NCBI RefSeq assembly: GCF_006345805.1
Contig: NC_043010.1
Span: forward strand, 41,354,001 to 41,418,000
Direction: 5' to 3'
Length of the DNA: 64,000 nt
Source: Octopus sinensis
Lineage: Eukaryota
Shown here: one piece after another, positions 11,506 to 22,978 of the stretch
Layout of the letters: each line of letters begins with the position of its first letter
How positions within the stretch are numbered: position 1 is the stretch's first letter
Program-made: the position numbers and the translations under genes
Notes under the pieces: model-generated
Seen by the model: the letters and a program-made list of their open reading frames with translations, nothing else
Databases searched by the model: none
Told to the model about the DNA's origin: nothing

Positions 11506-12718
11506 GTGATAACTGGAGAATGAATCAACCAGGACAAACTAGTGTGTGTATGTGTAATTGTACGGGGGACTTGCAACACACCACTAGGAGAAGTAAGTCC
11601 ACGCTGAACTGAGGATCCTGTTAAGATACTTGTAATCTGGCTGGTGATACAAGAAAAATAACTTGTCGAAAGTATACCTAATTCCGCAATTAGTGTAATA
11701 TTCACCATATTTGCTTTGCATGGGATAATCATGTTTTTCAATTCCATTTCTATTTTGCACTCAATTGTGATAGTTAAATATTTCATGGAACATTTAACAA
11801 TAGATTTGCTTTTACTTTTTACGATTCTTAAATCGTATCTTGAATGAAATATACTTGTGTAGCAGTTTTTCCCTTCATTCGAACCACCTCGCTCAAATTT
11901 CTTGTTTAGAACCACATCCCAATTACATTGCCGTAAAAGCATAATTCCTTGAACTTAATTATATTGTCAAAGTTTTTATAAGCGAATACCAAATTCTACT
12001 GCATTAGCAGTGCAATTTACATTATTTTGTTAGAGTTATTACTACGGATATTCTATAGAAATTATAGCCAGTCCTGATTTTTTGCCACGTTTCGTATACG
12101 AAACGTCAGATGAAAAGTGGGTAATGGGCATATATTTCGTGGGGTTTTGCTCCTTCATCAGCATCCATCTAACCCATTAATCATCTTCGAACACCTTGCT
12201 TAAATTGCCACCACACATAGCGAGTATATGAAGGTAAAAGGAAATCACCTCAGTGATAGTATCTCTAAGTTGTCGTCCGCGTGATATTTTTTTAACAGTT
12301 CGCTAACTGATAAAAATTTCCTTTTATGAACTGGTATACATTCAGATAAAGTGTTTTCAGGCAGTTATGAACATTGACAATGAATAATTTAAAATGTAAT
12401 AGAGAGGTTTCTTATATATATTTGGAAATTCACTTGACCGGTTTCAAATTTTTAAAGATTGTCAAAAGTAAAATGTAAAGCTTTGTATAAGCTTGTTGTG
12501 TCAAGTACTGTTTGTCACAAAAGTATTAAAATGCATATATACATCTTTTGATAATAAGAAAATGTTAAAAACAGTTTACAAGAAAGTATTTAAGAAAGTA
12601 TTCAACAAAACTATTAGGAGTTCAATAAAAATCATGTTTGTTTGGTAGTATATATATACACAAAAGGAGGTATATTAAAGAATTTACAAAAAGACTGGTC
12701 GGTTCCATTCCTTCCGTG

Positions 12719-12750
<32 letters not shown>

Positions 12751-12899
12751 TATACTACCAAACAAACATGATTTTTATTGAACTCCTAAGAGTTTTTGTT
12801 GAATACTTTCTTGTAAACTATTTTTAACATTTTCTTATTGGAGAGGAATGTTTGCTATTTTAAGGGGCAGGTTGGGGAACTAAATGGAATTTTTTGTTT

Positions 12900-13522
12900 C
12901 TGGGATACTCTGTCATGGTTCAGTGGTTTGGGGAATAGGTCTTAGAGGTCTGGGCCGTTTTTGATTTGTTCCAGAGTTTATTGTGACGTGTGTATATGGG
13001 TCTGTGTGTGTGTTTATATTTGGTAGGATAGTGTGTGTATATATGTGTACGTTTGTGTTTGTGTGTATGTGTGTGATTAATATTTGTTAGTGCGTTGTGT
13101 GTGCGCATGTATGTGTATGTATTTGTTCACGTGTGTGTATGTGTGCGTCTGTGGGTGCGTGTGTATGTTTATGTGTTTTGTGATGGTGGCGATGTTATGT
13201 GTGTGTACGTGAGTGTGTGTGTGCCTCTGTCTTAGTATGTTTGTGCTGTTATAATTGTCCTGGTGGTGGTGTGTGTGTATGAGTGTGATTGGTATTTGTC
13301 AGGGTGTTGTGTGTGCGCATGCGTGTGTATGTGTTTGTTCCCGTGTGTGTATGTGTGTGTGTGTGTGTGTGTTTGTGTATTTTATGTTGGTGGGATGTTA
13401 CGTGTGTGTGTACGTTCACTGAAAGAGAATAACAAGCTACATAATGCAAAATTTTTACTTTTCAAAAATTCCAATTCGAAAGGGTCGAAATAAACCCGAG
13501 CAACGCCGGGCGATACTGCTAG
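12900..13522 (+). mobile_element. Non-autonomous Helitron (3' end defined, 5' end uncertain)
   Basis: Hairpin CCCG-AGCAACGC-CGGG (13495-13510), then CTAG|T at 13519-13523. Internal degenerate repeats of about 210 bp, rich in TG. Confidence 0.65.
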
Positions 13523-13716
13523 TTATATATAAAACATATAACTGTAAATCAATTTATGATATCAAGCAATAATACATTAAATAAGATATAAGCATATAAA
13601 TTCAAGGGAAACAACTCGTGTCAAATTGAAAATAACGAAAATAAATACCGAAGGGAAGTAACTCTTATATTTATATTACGTGCAAATATACATACATACG
13701 CATATACATACGCATA

Positions 13717-13752
<36 letters not shown>

Positions 13753-13854
13753 TATACACACAAAGATTTTGAACTGAACCGTAACTAATCTCCATATTTT
13801 CTGATAACTATGCATATAAGTCTATGAGTATATGTACGCATATCGGCGTTTGTA

Positions 13855-13908
13855 TATTATATATTATTATATATATTATATATATTATATATATTATATA
13901 TGTATATG

Positions 13909-13957
<49 letters not shown>

Positions 13958-13987
13958 CACACACATATATATATATATAATATATAT

Positions 13988-14026
<39 letters not shown>

Positions 14027-14042
14027 CATATATATATATATG
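13855..14042. repeat. (TA)n/(TAA) microsatellite
   Basis: Direct reading. Confidence 0.95.
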
Positions 14043-14370
14043 TCTACGCTTATGTAGGGGCCTCATCGTCATGATTGGCTTTACGAATCTCAACCATTAC
14101 GCAACTTTTCGAGACATGAATAAACGCCAGACCACGGGACTCAGCAAGCTAATATGGCGATTGAAGAATACGAACTCAAGCTACAGGCTGGAATGGTCAA
14201 TTTTGTCGGTGGCCCTCCCATTTGATAGGGGCAGAAGGAAGTGCAACCTTTGTGTCTCCGAACTCTTCCATATATTGTTCGCCAGAGACCGGATGGTAAA
14301 CGGACTTTTACAGTCGGCTTTTCGATGCCCCCATTGGCGGCGTTATACTTATCTTGCTTATAAATAACGC
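14043..14370 (+). mobile_element. Penelope-like (Naiad-type) GIY-YIG endonuclease C-terminal fragment
   Basis: YAYVGA..., NHYATFR..KRQTTGLSKLIWRLK...LEWSIL...KCNLC, and a terminal CPH. These follow the NH..SF / KW.IL / C.LC / C.H pattern of Naiad/Chlamys endonucleases. Confidence 0.7.
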
Positions 14371-14883
14371 TTATAAATAATACCTGCACCCGGTTACACT
14401 ACTTATATGAAAATAGCCCTTGGTAATAAATTCTGAAAAAGCCTTTAGAGAAATATGATTAACCACTGCAAGGGGAATTACTCCTGTGAGATGAATGGGG
14501 CTTTGTTTTTGACGACGGGGGGTTTCTTTGACAAGGCATGATTAGACGAACACACGCACACATAAAACATAAAATATTTTTCTGCCGCCCGACGGTTTTT
14601 ACTGCAGTGACCATTGTGTAGAGCTGTTTAACAACTGACAGCCGCGCGATCAAACGCACACACGTACACAAAAAATGTTTTCTACCCCTTGACGGAGTTC
14701 TCAGCAGTGACCAGAAAATAGCACTTCTTACCAACTTGCGCCAGCACACATATATAGAACAGTAAACACACACATGTCTCTTAGTAGATTTTTTCTTGCC
14801 CCATATAATACATCCAATATTCTTTAAATAGTCAGAACTTTACTCTCGGTCACAAAGAACATCTACACACCCCGTGCCCTCAC

Positions 14884-14948
14884 CCACAGGAATGACCGCT
14901 GCCTGACCCGTTAAAATCTTCAACGCACCCACCACCCGTTCTCAACAT
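14884..14948 (-). CDS. Candidate upstream coding exon of the zinc-finger gene (MLRTGGGCVEDFNGSGSGHSCG)
   Basis: Non-repetitive sequence with ATG at 14948. The donor TGTGG|GTGAGG at 14883 is phase 2, matching the phase-2 acceptor at 5388. Splicing would give a 584-aa protein. No transcript evidence. Confidence 0.4.
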
Positions 14949-15185
14949 ACACTGATAAACAGTTTGGCCATGGGCTCTTAGGAGCCTAGTTCGATTTGTT
15001 TTGCTCCGCCTCTGTTCTGTTTTTGTTTTTTCCAACGGATTTCCTATTTCTTCCTGAAGAGAAAGACACAATATGGTCTCATTATTCAATCGGATTTTGG
15101 TAAATTGTGCCTTTCGAAACACGTGTAGAATGAAATAAAACGATTTCTGTTCAATCTTCGTTCAGCTCCATTTCTTCAATTCACT

Positions 15186-15220
<35 letters not shown>

Positions 15221-15384
15221 TATATATATTATATATATATATTTTATATATATTATATATACAGGATGCGTGGTGTTCAAACATATAATAATATAAATAA
15301 TATATATATATGCATATATACATACGTATATGTGCATACATCTATACGTATATATATATATATAAACATATCTGAGTTTATCTG

Positions 15385-15440
<56 letters not shown>

Positions 15441-15443
15441 TAC

Positions 15444-15699
15444 GTGGGCACAGGACGTTACGAAATGTGTACAACTAAAAAGTACGAAGCACGAATACAT
15501 GGAACATGAACTATTCTTTCGAAAAACGAAAGACACAAATGGAAAACAAAACAAACAACATAAACAACGGCCCTTCGTCAGTTGTTGGCTGTTTTGTTTT
15601 CCAGTTGTGTCTTTCGTTGTTCGAAAGAATAGTTCATGTTCCATGTACTCGCGCTTCGTACTTTTTTGCTGTACACGTTTCGTGACGTCCTGTGCCCAC
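15444..15699. repeat. Fold-back inverted repeat (109-bp arms, 38-bp spacer)
   Basis: Arms 15444-15552 and 15591-15699, with 8 mismatches by my alignment. Confidence 0.92.
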
Positions 15700-15739
15700 A
15701 TAATATAATAATGAGTGTAGTGTTTTTATATATTTGTAT

Positions 15740-17111
15740 ATATACATATTTGTCCAAAATCACGCAGTAGGAGAGAGTAGGAGAAAGAGTAGTATAAGGG
15801 AAGGGAGGAGAGAGAAAATAGTAATTCGGTGAAGGATAAGTAGCGAGGGTAATAGCCATGACTGAGAGGGAGTGAGAATAGCAATGAGAGAGAGGAAGTA
15901 GCAAAGAGATCGTCGTGTATCTTCTACTACAATGACACTCTTGTGTTTTTCTCCGTCACAACATATGAATGTGAAAGAAGGGGTAATAGATGAATAAGGA
16001 AGGGGTAAAAAAATCAAACAATGTTTCAACTCAGTGTGAGTATATGTGTGTGTATGTAAAAAGGAGGGATGTGAATGTTTGTTTGCGTGTGTATGTGTAT
16101 GTGTGTGTGCAATGGAATTGGGATGGTGAACATTCAACGTTGAAAAGAAAAATCAAACAGTGTTTCAACTCTGTGTAAGTATATGTGTGTGCGTGTACAA
16201 GGGAAGTATGTGAAAGTTTGTGTGTGTGAACCAGCGTTCTTTCGGTAACAAACCATGATCGATGTAACATCACGAAAGACAGCCACAAGATAACATTGAC
16301 AAGTGTATTAATTTGATTTACCATCCATATTCTGTTATGTTAAAAGTAATTATTACAATCGCACACACCTATACAAACTCATTAGAGAAAATAATTATGT
16401 GTATTTATATTAAGAAATTTTTACTTAGTGTTCTGTCAGTAACTACACATAAACAAACCAGCGATATCACATCTCAAAATACAACCACTAGATAACATTG
16501 AGAAGTGTATTAATTTGATTTATCATCCGTATTCTACCTGTTGTGTTACAAATAATTATTACAATCACACACATCTACACAATCATATACATATACAAAC
16601 TCATTAGAGAAAATAATTATTGCTTGAGTGTATCAAGAATATAAAACGACTGCATTTGAAAAGTTTATTATAAACACACATTTAGCAGTTCATACATGTG
16701 TCTAATTTATTTATATTAAGAAATGTATGTAATAAATTTTGAATAGGGAGTTTTTATAACATCAGCTATAAGTCACGGACTGCTTTTTGTGGCTTTAAGT
16801 CGTATAAGTTTAGGTTGGTTTCAGTAATGGAAAGCGCAATTGAAAGGAAACGTCGCTGCGAAAAAGTTGGTATTTACTTGCCAGTTCCCATATTTAGTAA
16901 CAGCCAGCTTTATGTGGCCTTAAGTCGTATAAGAAGGAAGGAATACTTAAAAAATATTATATATAAAACAGTCAAGAGATTGCGGACAGATTTTCCACAA
17001 AAAAAAATTTGGAAATAAAAGAATTATTAAACTAAAAACTTGGTTTTGTACCTTATTTATATATAAAATATTACAATTAGCCGCCATTTTTGATGGCACG
17101 GGGTCAGCTAG
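15740..17111 (+). mobile_element. Non-autonomous Helitron with helicase C-terminal remnant and internal tandem repeats
   Basis: KVGIYLPVPIFSNSQLYVALSRI (about 16860-16935) matches the Helitron motif VGIYL..PVFSHGQLYVALSRV. The 3' hairpin CCGCCAT..ATGGCACGGG is followed by CTAG|T at 17108-17112. There is a tandem repeat of about 200 bp at 16288-16622. The 5' boundary is a guess. Confidence 0.75.
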
Positions 17112-17777
17112 TTTTTTTTTTCTATAATACCCACTTCTTGCATATTTCAATAAATCCAAATAATATATTATAAAATACGCACGCTTGGACTGAATAGAAG
17201 AAATATTTATAAAAAGTAGCCTACAAATTTAACCTACCCGAGTACAAAGATTAACATTTCTGAAAAGCAACCAAATAATTAATAGAACAATGGTTCCCTA
17301 GAGACAAATATGCTGATCAACAACATTTACACCTACTTAGATCCTCTTGTGAACATTAAAACTTTAGATTAACAAATTTTCAATACTAATAACACTATGA
17401 CATCCAAATATAAACAAGTGAAAAACCCTAAATAATACTAGCCGGCCAAAAAAGTAAAACTTACCATCGTCTTACATTCTTCAGTGAAACTTTAAATACT
17501 CATTACCTAAAAGCTGACATACCTAGTGAACACACCTAGTTACAGAGGTTTAAATATAGGCCTGAGCTCTGGAATTTAACCTTCATATTCTCAAAACAAA
17601 GGATTAAATATCCCATTGATATCCAAACGAGAGCTAAACAGAGTGGCAAATCTGCTGACCAACAACTTATATTCTTTTGTGAACCCCTATGAGCTGAAAG
17701 TACAAAGTTCTACATGCATGAAGAAATTCTAAACAAATAACATGTGCCCATATTTAATCAATAAAAATCCCACATAA

Positions 17778-18010
17778 TACCTATTTCTTTACTAACCACA
17801 AGCGGCTAAACACAGAGGGGACAAACAAGGACAGACGAACGGATTAAGTCGATTATATCGACCCCAATGTGTAACTGGTACTTAATTTATCGACCCCGAA
17901 AGGATGAAAGGCAAAGTCGACCTCGGTGGAATTTGAACTCAGAACGCACCGGCGGACGAAATACCACAAAGCATTTCGCCCGGTAAGCTAGCGTTTCTGC
18001 CAGCTCGCAT
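17778..18010 (-). mobile_element. Family-1 SINE
   Basis: Near-identical to the 48720 and 60770 copies. Confidence 0.88.
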
Positions 18011-18129
18011 AATACCTTACCATCATAACCTACTATACAACCTAATTACCAGCCAACAAAATTCAGCTTTGCCTGGAAAAGTTTTAACTGAACAGAGGCT
18101 GTATAAAAAAAGATTAGCTCAAATGCATT

Positions 18130-18174
18130 ACAGTCCGATGAGGACTTAGTTGGCCGAAACTTCGAAGTCACTGT
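18130..18174 (+). ncRNA. Type I hammerhead ribozyme motif (minimal, palindromic stem III)
   Basis: ACAGT-CCGATGA-GGACTTAGTTGGCC-GAAAC-TTCGAA-GTC-ACTGT. Stem I is ACAGT/ACTGT. U4 is C and stem II has one mismatch. Confidence 0.7.
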
Positions 18175-18451
18175 CGATACTATTCTTCTTAAAGTTTAAT
18201 AAATTTGTACTCTACCCAATGGATTGAAAAATCTTTCAAACTTGTTTGATAACGAACAAGACTGCTTGGCTCTTTTCTCTTCCCCACCCTTAACAATCTC
18301 ACTAACCCTGAAGCAATAAATCTTTTGAACGCCCTACCCGCTAACTAACCTCTTAATGTCTTCCCCGTTTTCCAGACCAGCTTTGGCTGGAATCAGGTTC
18401 GGCTCGCCACTGCGGTAAAGTGTTATTATTATATTGTTTGAAATGTATGTA

Positions 18452-18538
18452 TCATCTGAAGAAAGTGGTTTTTTTTTGTTATGATGTAATGTACTCATGA
18501 ATCTATGAAAAGAAATCCGTTGGAAACAGCTGTAGTGA
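18452..18538 (+). ncRNA. Type I hammerhead motif with extended, eroded stem II
   Basis: TCAT-CTGAAGA-(60 nt)-GAAAC-AGCT-GTA-GTGA. Confidence 0.5.
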
Positions 18539-18859
18539 AGTGACGCGTATCCATCGTTTGTTATCTATTCGAATTGTTCATAATACTCCTCACTGGAATC
18601 CCGATCCGTCAGATATTCTGGAGCATACTAAACACCGTACGACCAATATAACGTACACTTTTGGATTAGCCCTTAGGCCATTAAAATACCCATTTCCTGT
18701 ATACATAACATGAATATTTCACTGGGCGTACTTTGGTACCTATGATATTTATTTGATTAAAGTTGCTGTATACTATTTAATTCGACCCAACCTGATGCCT
18801 ATCATTTTAGTACTTGATTCATCCGAATCCTTAATATTGCCCATACATACATACAACGC

Positions 18860-19015
18860 GAGGACGTGGAACAAATATAGTATTATTGGACGCTCAGGAA
18901 AGAAGGAAAGAAGGAGGGTTTAACGTTTCGAGCGGAGCTCTTCGTCGGAAACATAGGAGAAGGAAAGATCCAGAGAAGGGAAGACAGAGGAAAAAAATCG
19001 CCAACGGTACACACA
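18860..19015 (-). mobile_element. PLE pLTR-like repeat (second copy at about 39888-40052)
   Basis: Two near-identical copies of about 150 bp in the window, both carrying a hammerhead motif. Confidence 0.7.
18918..18952 (-). ncRNA. Minimal type I hammerhead motif
   Basis: Minus strand GTTT-CCGACGAA-GAGC-TCC-GCTC-GAAAC-GT-T-AAAC. Stems I and II pair perfectly and stem III is the palindrome AACGTT. Confidence 0.6.
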
Positions 19016-19114
19016 TATATGCATGCATGCATATATACATGCATACATACATACAAACATACATACATACATACATACATACATACTTACATACATACAT
19101 ACTTACATACATAA

Positions 19115-19145
<31 letters not shown>

Positions 19146-19589
19146 CATACATGCGTAAAGTATATACATACGAATAACATATATTTAAATATAACATGCA
19201 TACACACAAACACGCAGACAGGCACGACCACATACTTCATAATTATCCAGTCAGACAATCTAATTAAAACAATTACCACCATCACCACCACCACCACACC
19301 AACATTCGACCAAACAATGCATTATAGATAAAAATGAGAGATGCCAAATGCATGATTTTCTTCATTTCTTTGTTTCCAATAAACAGTTCAATAGTGAGCA
19401 TACGTTTCAATTGTCTGCAAAACTGGCAACATAAGAAAATATAATGTATCAACGTGAGTGTGTAAACAAATCTAAAAAGTTTTCCGGAACAACAATATAT
19501 TACTGAGGAAATGCCAAGTATTGCAACGTCTCTAACTTCTATACAATACGTATATTGATACCTACGTATATAAACACATAAATCTACAC

Positions 19590-19778
19590 ATGCATAAACA
19601 CACAACTATTTATATACACATATCTGAGCGCGCGTTTGTGTGTGTGTGTGTGCTAATGTCTCGCTAACTTAACATCGATTGATGCTTGTAAACGAATGTC
19701 ATCAATAAACAAGCGGTGTCGATCATTTCCATGCATAAACACACAACTATTTATATATATATATCTGAGCGCGCGTCT

Positions 19779-19830
<52 letters not shown>

Positions 19831-20050
19831 TGCTAATGTCTCGCTAACTTAACATCGAATGATGCTTGTAAACGAATATCATTTATAAACAAGCGGTGTC
19901 GATCATTTCCATTTTTCTACGGGACAATATTATCTTACTTAGAATCAGGCGAACTTGGCGAATGAAAGAGCATCCGGTCGAAGAAAATCTGCCACAACGA
20001 ATTCCACCTGCCCTGTGCAAGCAAGGAAAAAGGACACTAAAACGAAGCCA
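19590..20050 (+). mobile_element. SINE 3' region with an internal tandem duplication of about 140-180 bp
   Basis: The unit CATGCATAAACACAC...CAAGCGGTGTCGATCATTTC occurs twice with different (TG)n lengths, followed by a GCATCCGG..GAAAATCTGCC...AAAACG tail like 1510-1615 and 44935-45125. Confidence 0.6.
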
Positions 20051-20649
20051 GCATAGATATGTATAAAGAAGTGTATATCCAGATTAAGATAAATGGTAAT
20101 TAGATCTAATAGTAAAAATAAATATATACAAATACGTACAGACACACTCAAACACAGACAGACACACACATACACAGAGGGTAAGTGAGGGTTATGTTTG
20201 TCGTATTCGAGGCTTCAGTGAAGCTATAAAGTCTTACTCAGGTACTGCTGCATCCTGCAGCAGAAATAGCTGTAAGCCAATGAAGCTCATAAGACAATCG
20301 TTTATTCCACACACACACACACACCACACATCACAATCTGTTTATTTAAGCCAAAAAATCTTCACAAATTTTTACTCAGAGTTTCACGTTACCGTCCATC
20401 GGAGAGTTGTGATCATACTTAAATAAAAATTGTGAAGGTACATGTAATATGATATGATGTAATATAACGTAGTCATTACAATTTAATGAATAAGCCATTG
20501 AATTTGATTAGGTGACTGATTAAAAAAAATATTTGGTGTAGTTGGGCCTGCCGAGGGGGTAAAAGTCAACGGCAAAATAAATAAGTGATGATCAAATCGA
20601 AAAAAAAAAAAAAATCGTGAGTGAAAATGGACGGAATATATCCAGAAAA

Positions 20650-21339
20650 ATGAGAATTGATCTGTTCATCTCAATCACAGATTTTCTCATTAATTTTTTT
20701 TTAACTAAACACTTTGAAACGTTTTTGATAAAATTTCGTATTTTAGAAGTTATTTCGTGTTAAAGTTGTCATATTTGGGTAATTTTAACCAATCAATGAC
20801 GTGTATTTAGCTGAAGAAATAAATGTACTGCTGTTTGCGGAAGAGCAACACCCTCCGGGTCATCTCTATTAAATGCATTTGGATACTTTTTACTTACTGG
20901 CTGTGATTATTTTCACCACTGTTCTATTTTAGTTTTGCTTACTAGCCTGCATTAATTTCAGGATATATTTTCACCAAGTTTTGTTTATTTGCCTGCCTTA
21001 ATTTCGGGATTTATTTTTAGTTAGGGTTAGGGGTGGGGGGAAGGGTATATTTTTTCTTCAGAAATGTAAATAAACCCAATCTGTTTCTTAAACGAGGGAC
21101 ATATTCATACGGCACAGAATGTGTTTTTTTACCTCAATGGACGTCATTGATTGGTTGAAATTGCAGAAATTGAAGAAGAAAAAAAAACCAACAAATATCT
21201 TACAAACTATAGAATTTTCTCAATAAAGCCAAGAGAAAAAGATGTTTTATAAACACATTCTACCAGTATACGAAGTTTAAAAGTGTTTAGTTACGTGGAA
21301 ATTATTTTAAAAAACTGCAGTTCAAACCGAAAAGATCCT
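20650..21339. mobile_element. GGATC-terminal MITE family member with a divergent left arm
   Basis: 21015-21339 matches 37060-37378. 20650-20805 is a diverged reverse complement of the right arm. Confidence 0.7.
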
Positions 21340-21694
21340 AGCGAGGAAATAACCTATACACCTACTACCAATCCAATAATAAAGAAATGTAAACATAGGA
21401 ATAGGAAAACTATCTGGCATTTTTGACGTCACGGGTATACTAGTATACTATAAGTTATTTGAAATACTCTGCTGCTAAACACTTTATATTTCTCTTTCTT
21501 TCGTCTTTTTCTGTCTACCTCTTACTTCAACTATTTAAGCATGTCATTCTCCTCTTCAATTCATTATCAATTCTCTCTTTTCTCTTTCATTTCACCTCTC
21601 ACTTCCACTAACCACGTCACCATGGAATGCATCGGCTGTTAATAACGTCACTACTCTCCTCTCTCTTTATTTCTATGCCTCTCACTCTCATTAT

Positions 21695-21696
21695 TT

Positions 21697-21768
<72 letters not shown>

Positions 21769-21866
21769 TCATTCTTTCTCTTTCTTCTTTCTTTCTTTCT
21801 TTCTTTCTTTCTTACTTTCTGTCTTTCTTTCTTTCTTTCTTTTTTCTTTCTTTCTTTTATTCTTTC

Positions 21867-21908
<42 letters not shown>

Positions 21909-21911
21909 TTT

Positions 21912-21957
<46 letters not shown>

Positions 21958-21975
21958 TTTCTTTCTTTCTTTCTT
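21695..21975. repeat. (TTTC)n microsatellite
   Basis: Direct reading. It lies within a possible minus-strand Helitron-like element that begins TCTATATATTAA at about 22190. Confidence 0.95.
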
Positions 21976-22240
21976 TCACCTCACCACCAGAACATCGCCG
22001 CTCTGCTAAACACTATTTCTAACGCTCTTTCTCTGCATTACTTTTCTTCCACTAACTTTTTCATTACGTAATAAATATTACCTTATCCCACCTCACGTCT
22101 TTTGAACTTCTCTCTCCCTCTTTCTCGCACTTCGCTTTTCCCTTCCGTTAAAATCGTGATAGCGTAAATCTTAGCGCATTAATATATAGACAACATATAT
22201 ATTTCTATGCACACACACACCCAGGTGCACACGCACGCGC

Positions 22241-22282
<42 letters not shown>

Positions 22283-22384
22283 AAGGGTCTAAAGTCGCGA
22301 AATGGTATGAAATTTTAATAAAATATTCTTTACTTATTTGTTTGAATGTGATTTTTCCCACCTAGCTTACATGTATTTCCCATA

Positions 22385-22603
22385 CATACATAAATACATA
22401 CATACATACATACATACATTCATACATCATACATACATACATACATACATACATACATACATACGTACGTACGTACGTACATACATACATAATACATACA
22501 TACATACATACATACATTCAATACATCATACATACATACATACGTACGTTACGTGACGTACATACATACATAATACAACATACATACATACATACATTCA
22601 ACA

Positions 22604-22634
<31 letters not shown>

Positions 22635-22870
22635 CATACATACATACATTTACATATATACATACAATACATTCATTCATACTACATACATACATACATA
22701 ACAAAATACATTACATACATACATACATTCATACATACATACATAACATACATACATACATACATCATACATACATACATACATACATTCATACATACAT
22801 ACATACATGCATACAAACTATTTACATACATATATATTATATATATATAATATATATATTATATATATAG
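22385..22870. repeat. (TACA)n degenerate microsatellite array
   Basis: Direct reading. Confidence 0.95.
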
Positions 22871-22978
22871 ATATTATAGATATATTAAATTAATTATGGG
22901 TAGGGACTTGATATTTATCAATTAAAACCAGTGGTCTAGCATATTAAAAGAATCTGAAGATTAAAATATTTATATATA

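Larger units (their letters stand above)
17170..18560 (+). mobile_element. Degenerate Penelope-like element 3' region / pLTR, interrupted by a SINE
   Basis: Eroded RT-like reading near 17270-17360 and two downstream hammerhead motifs. Protein similarity is weak. Confidence 0.45.

Noticed and set aside
11466-12400. 158-aa minus-strand ORF and upstream region considered as Helitron helicase or a host exon
   Set aside because: No convincing motif. The C-terminal part runs into the RTE-related repeat.
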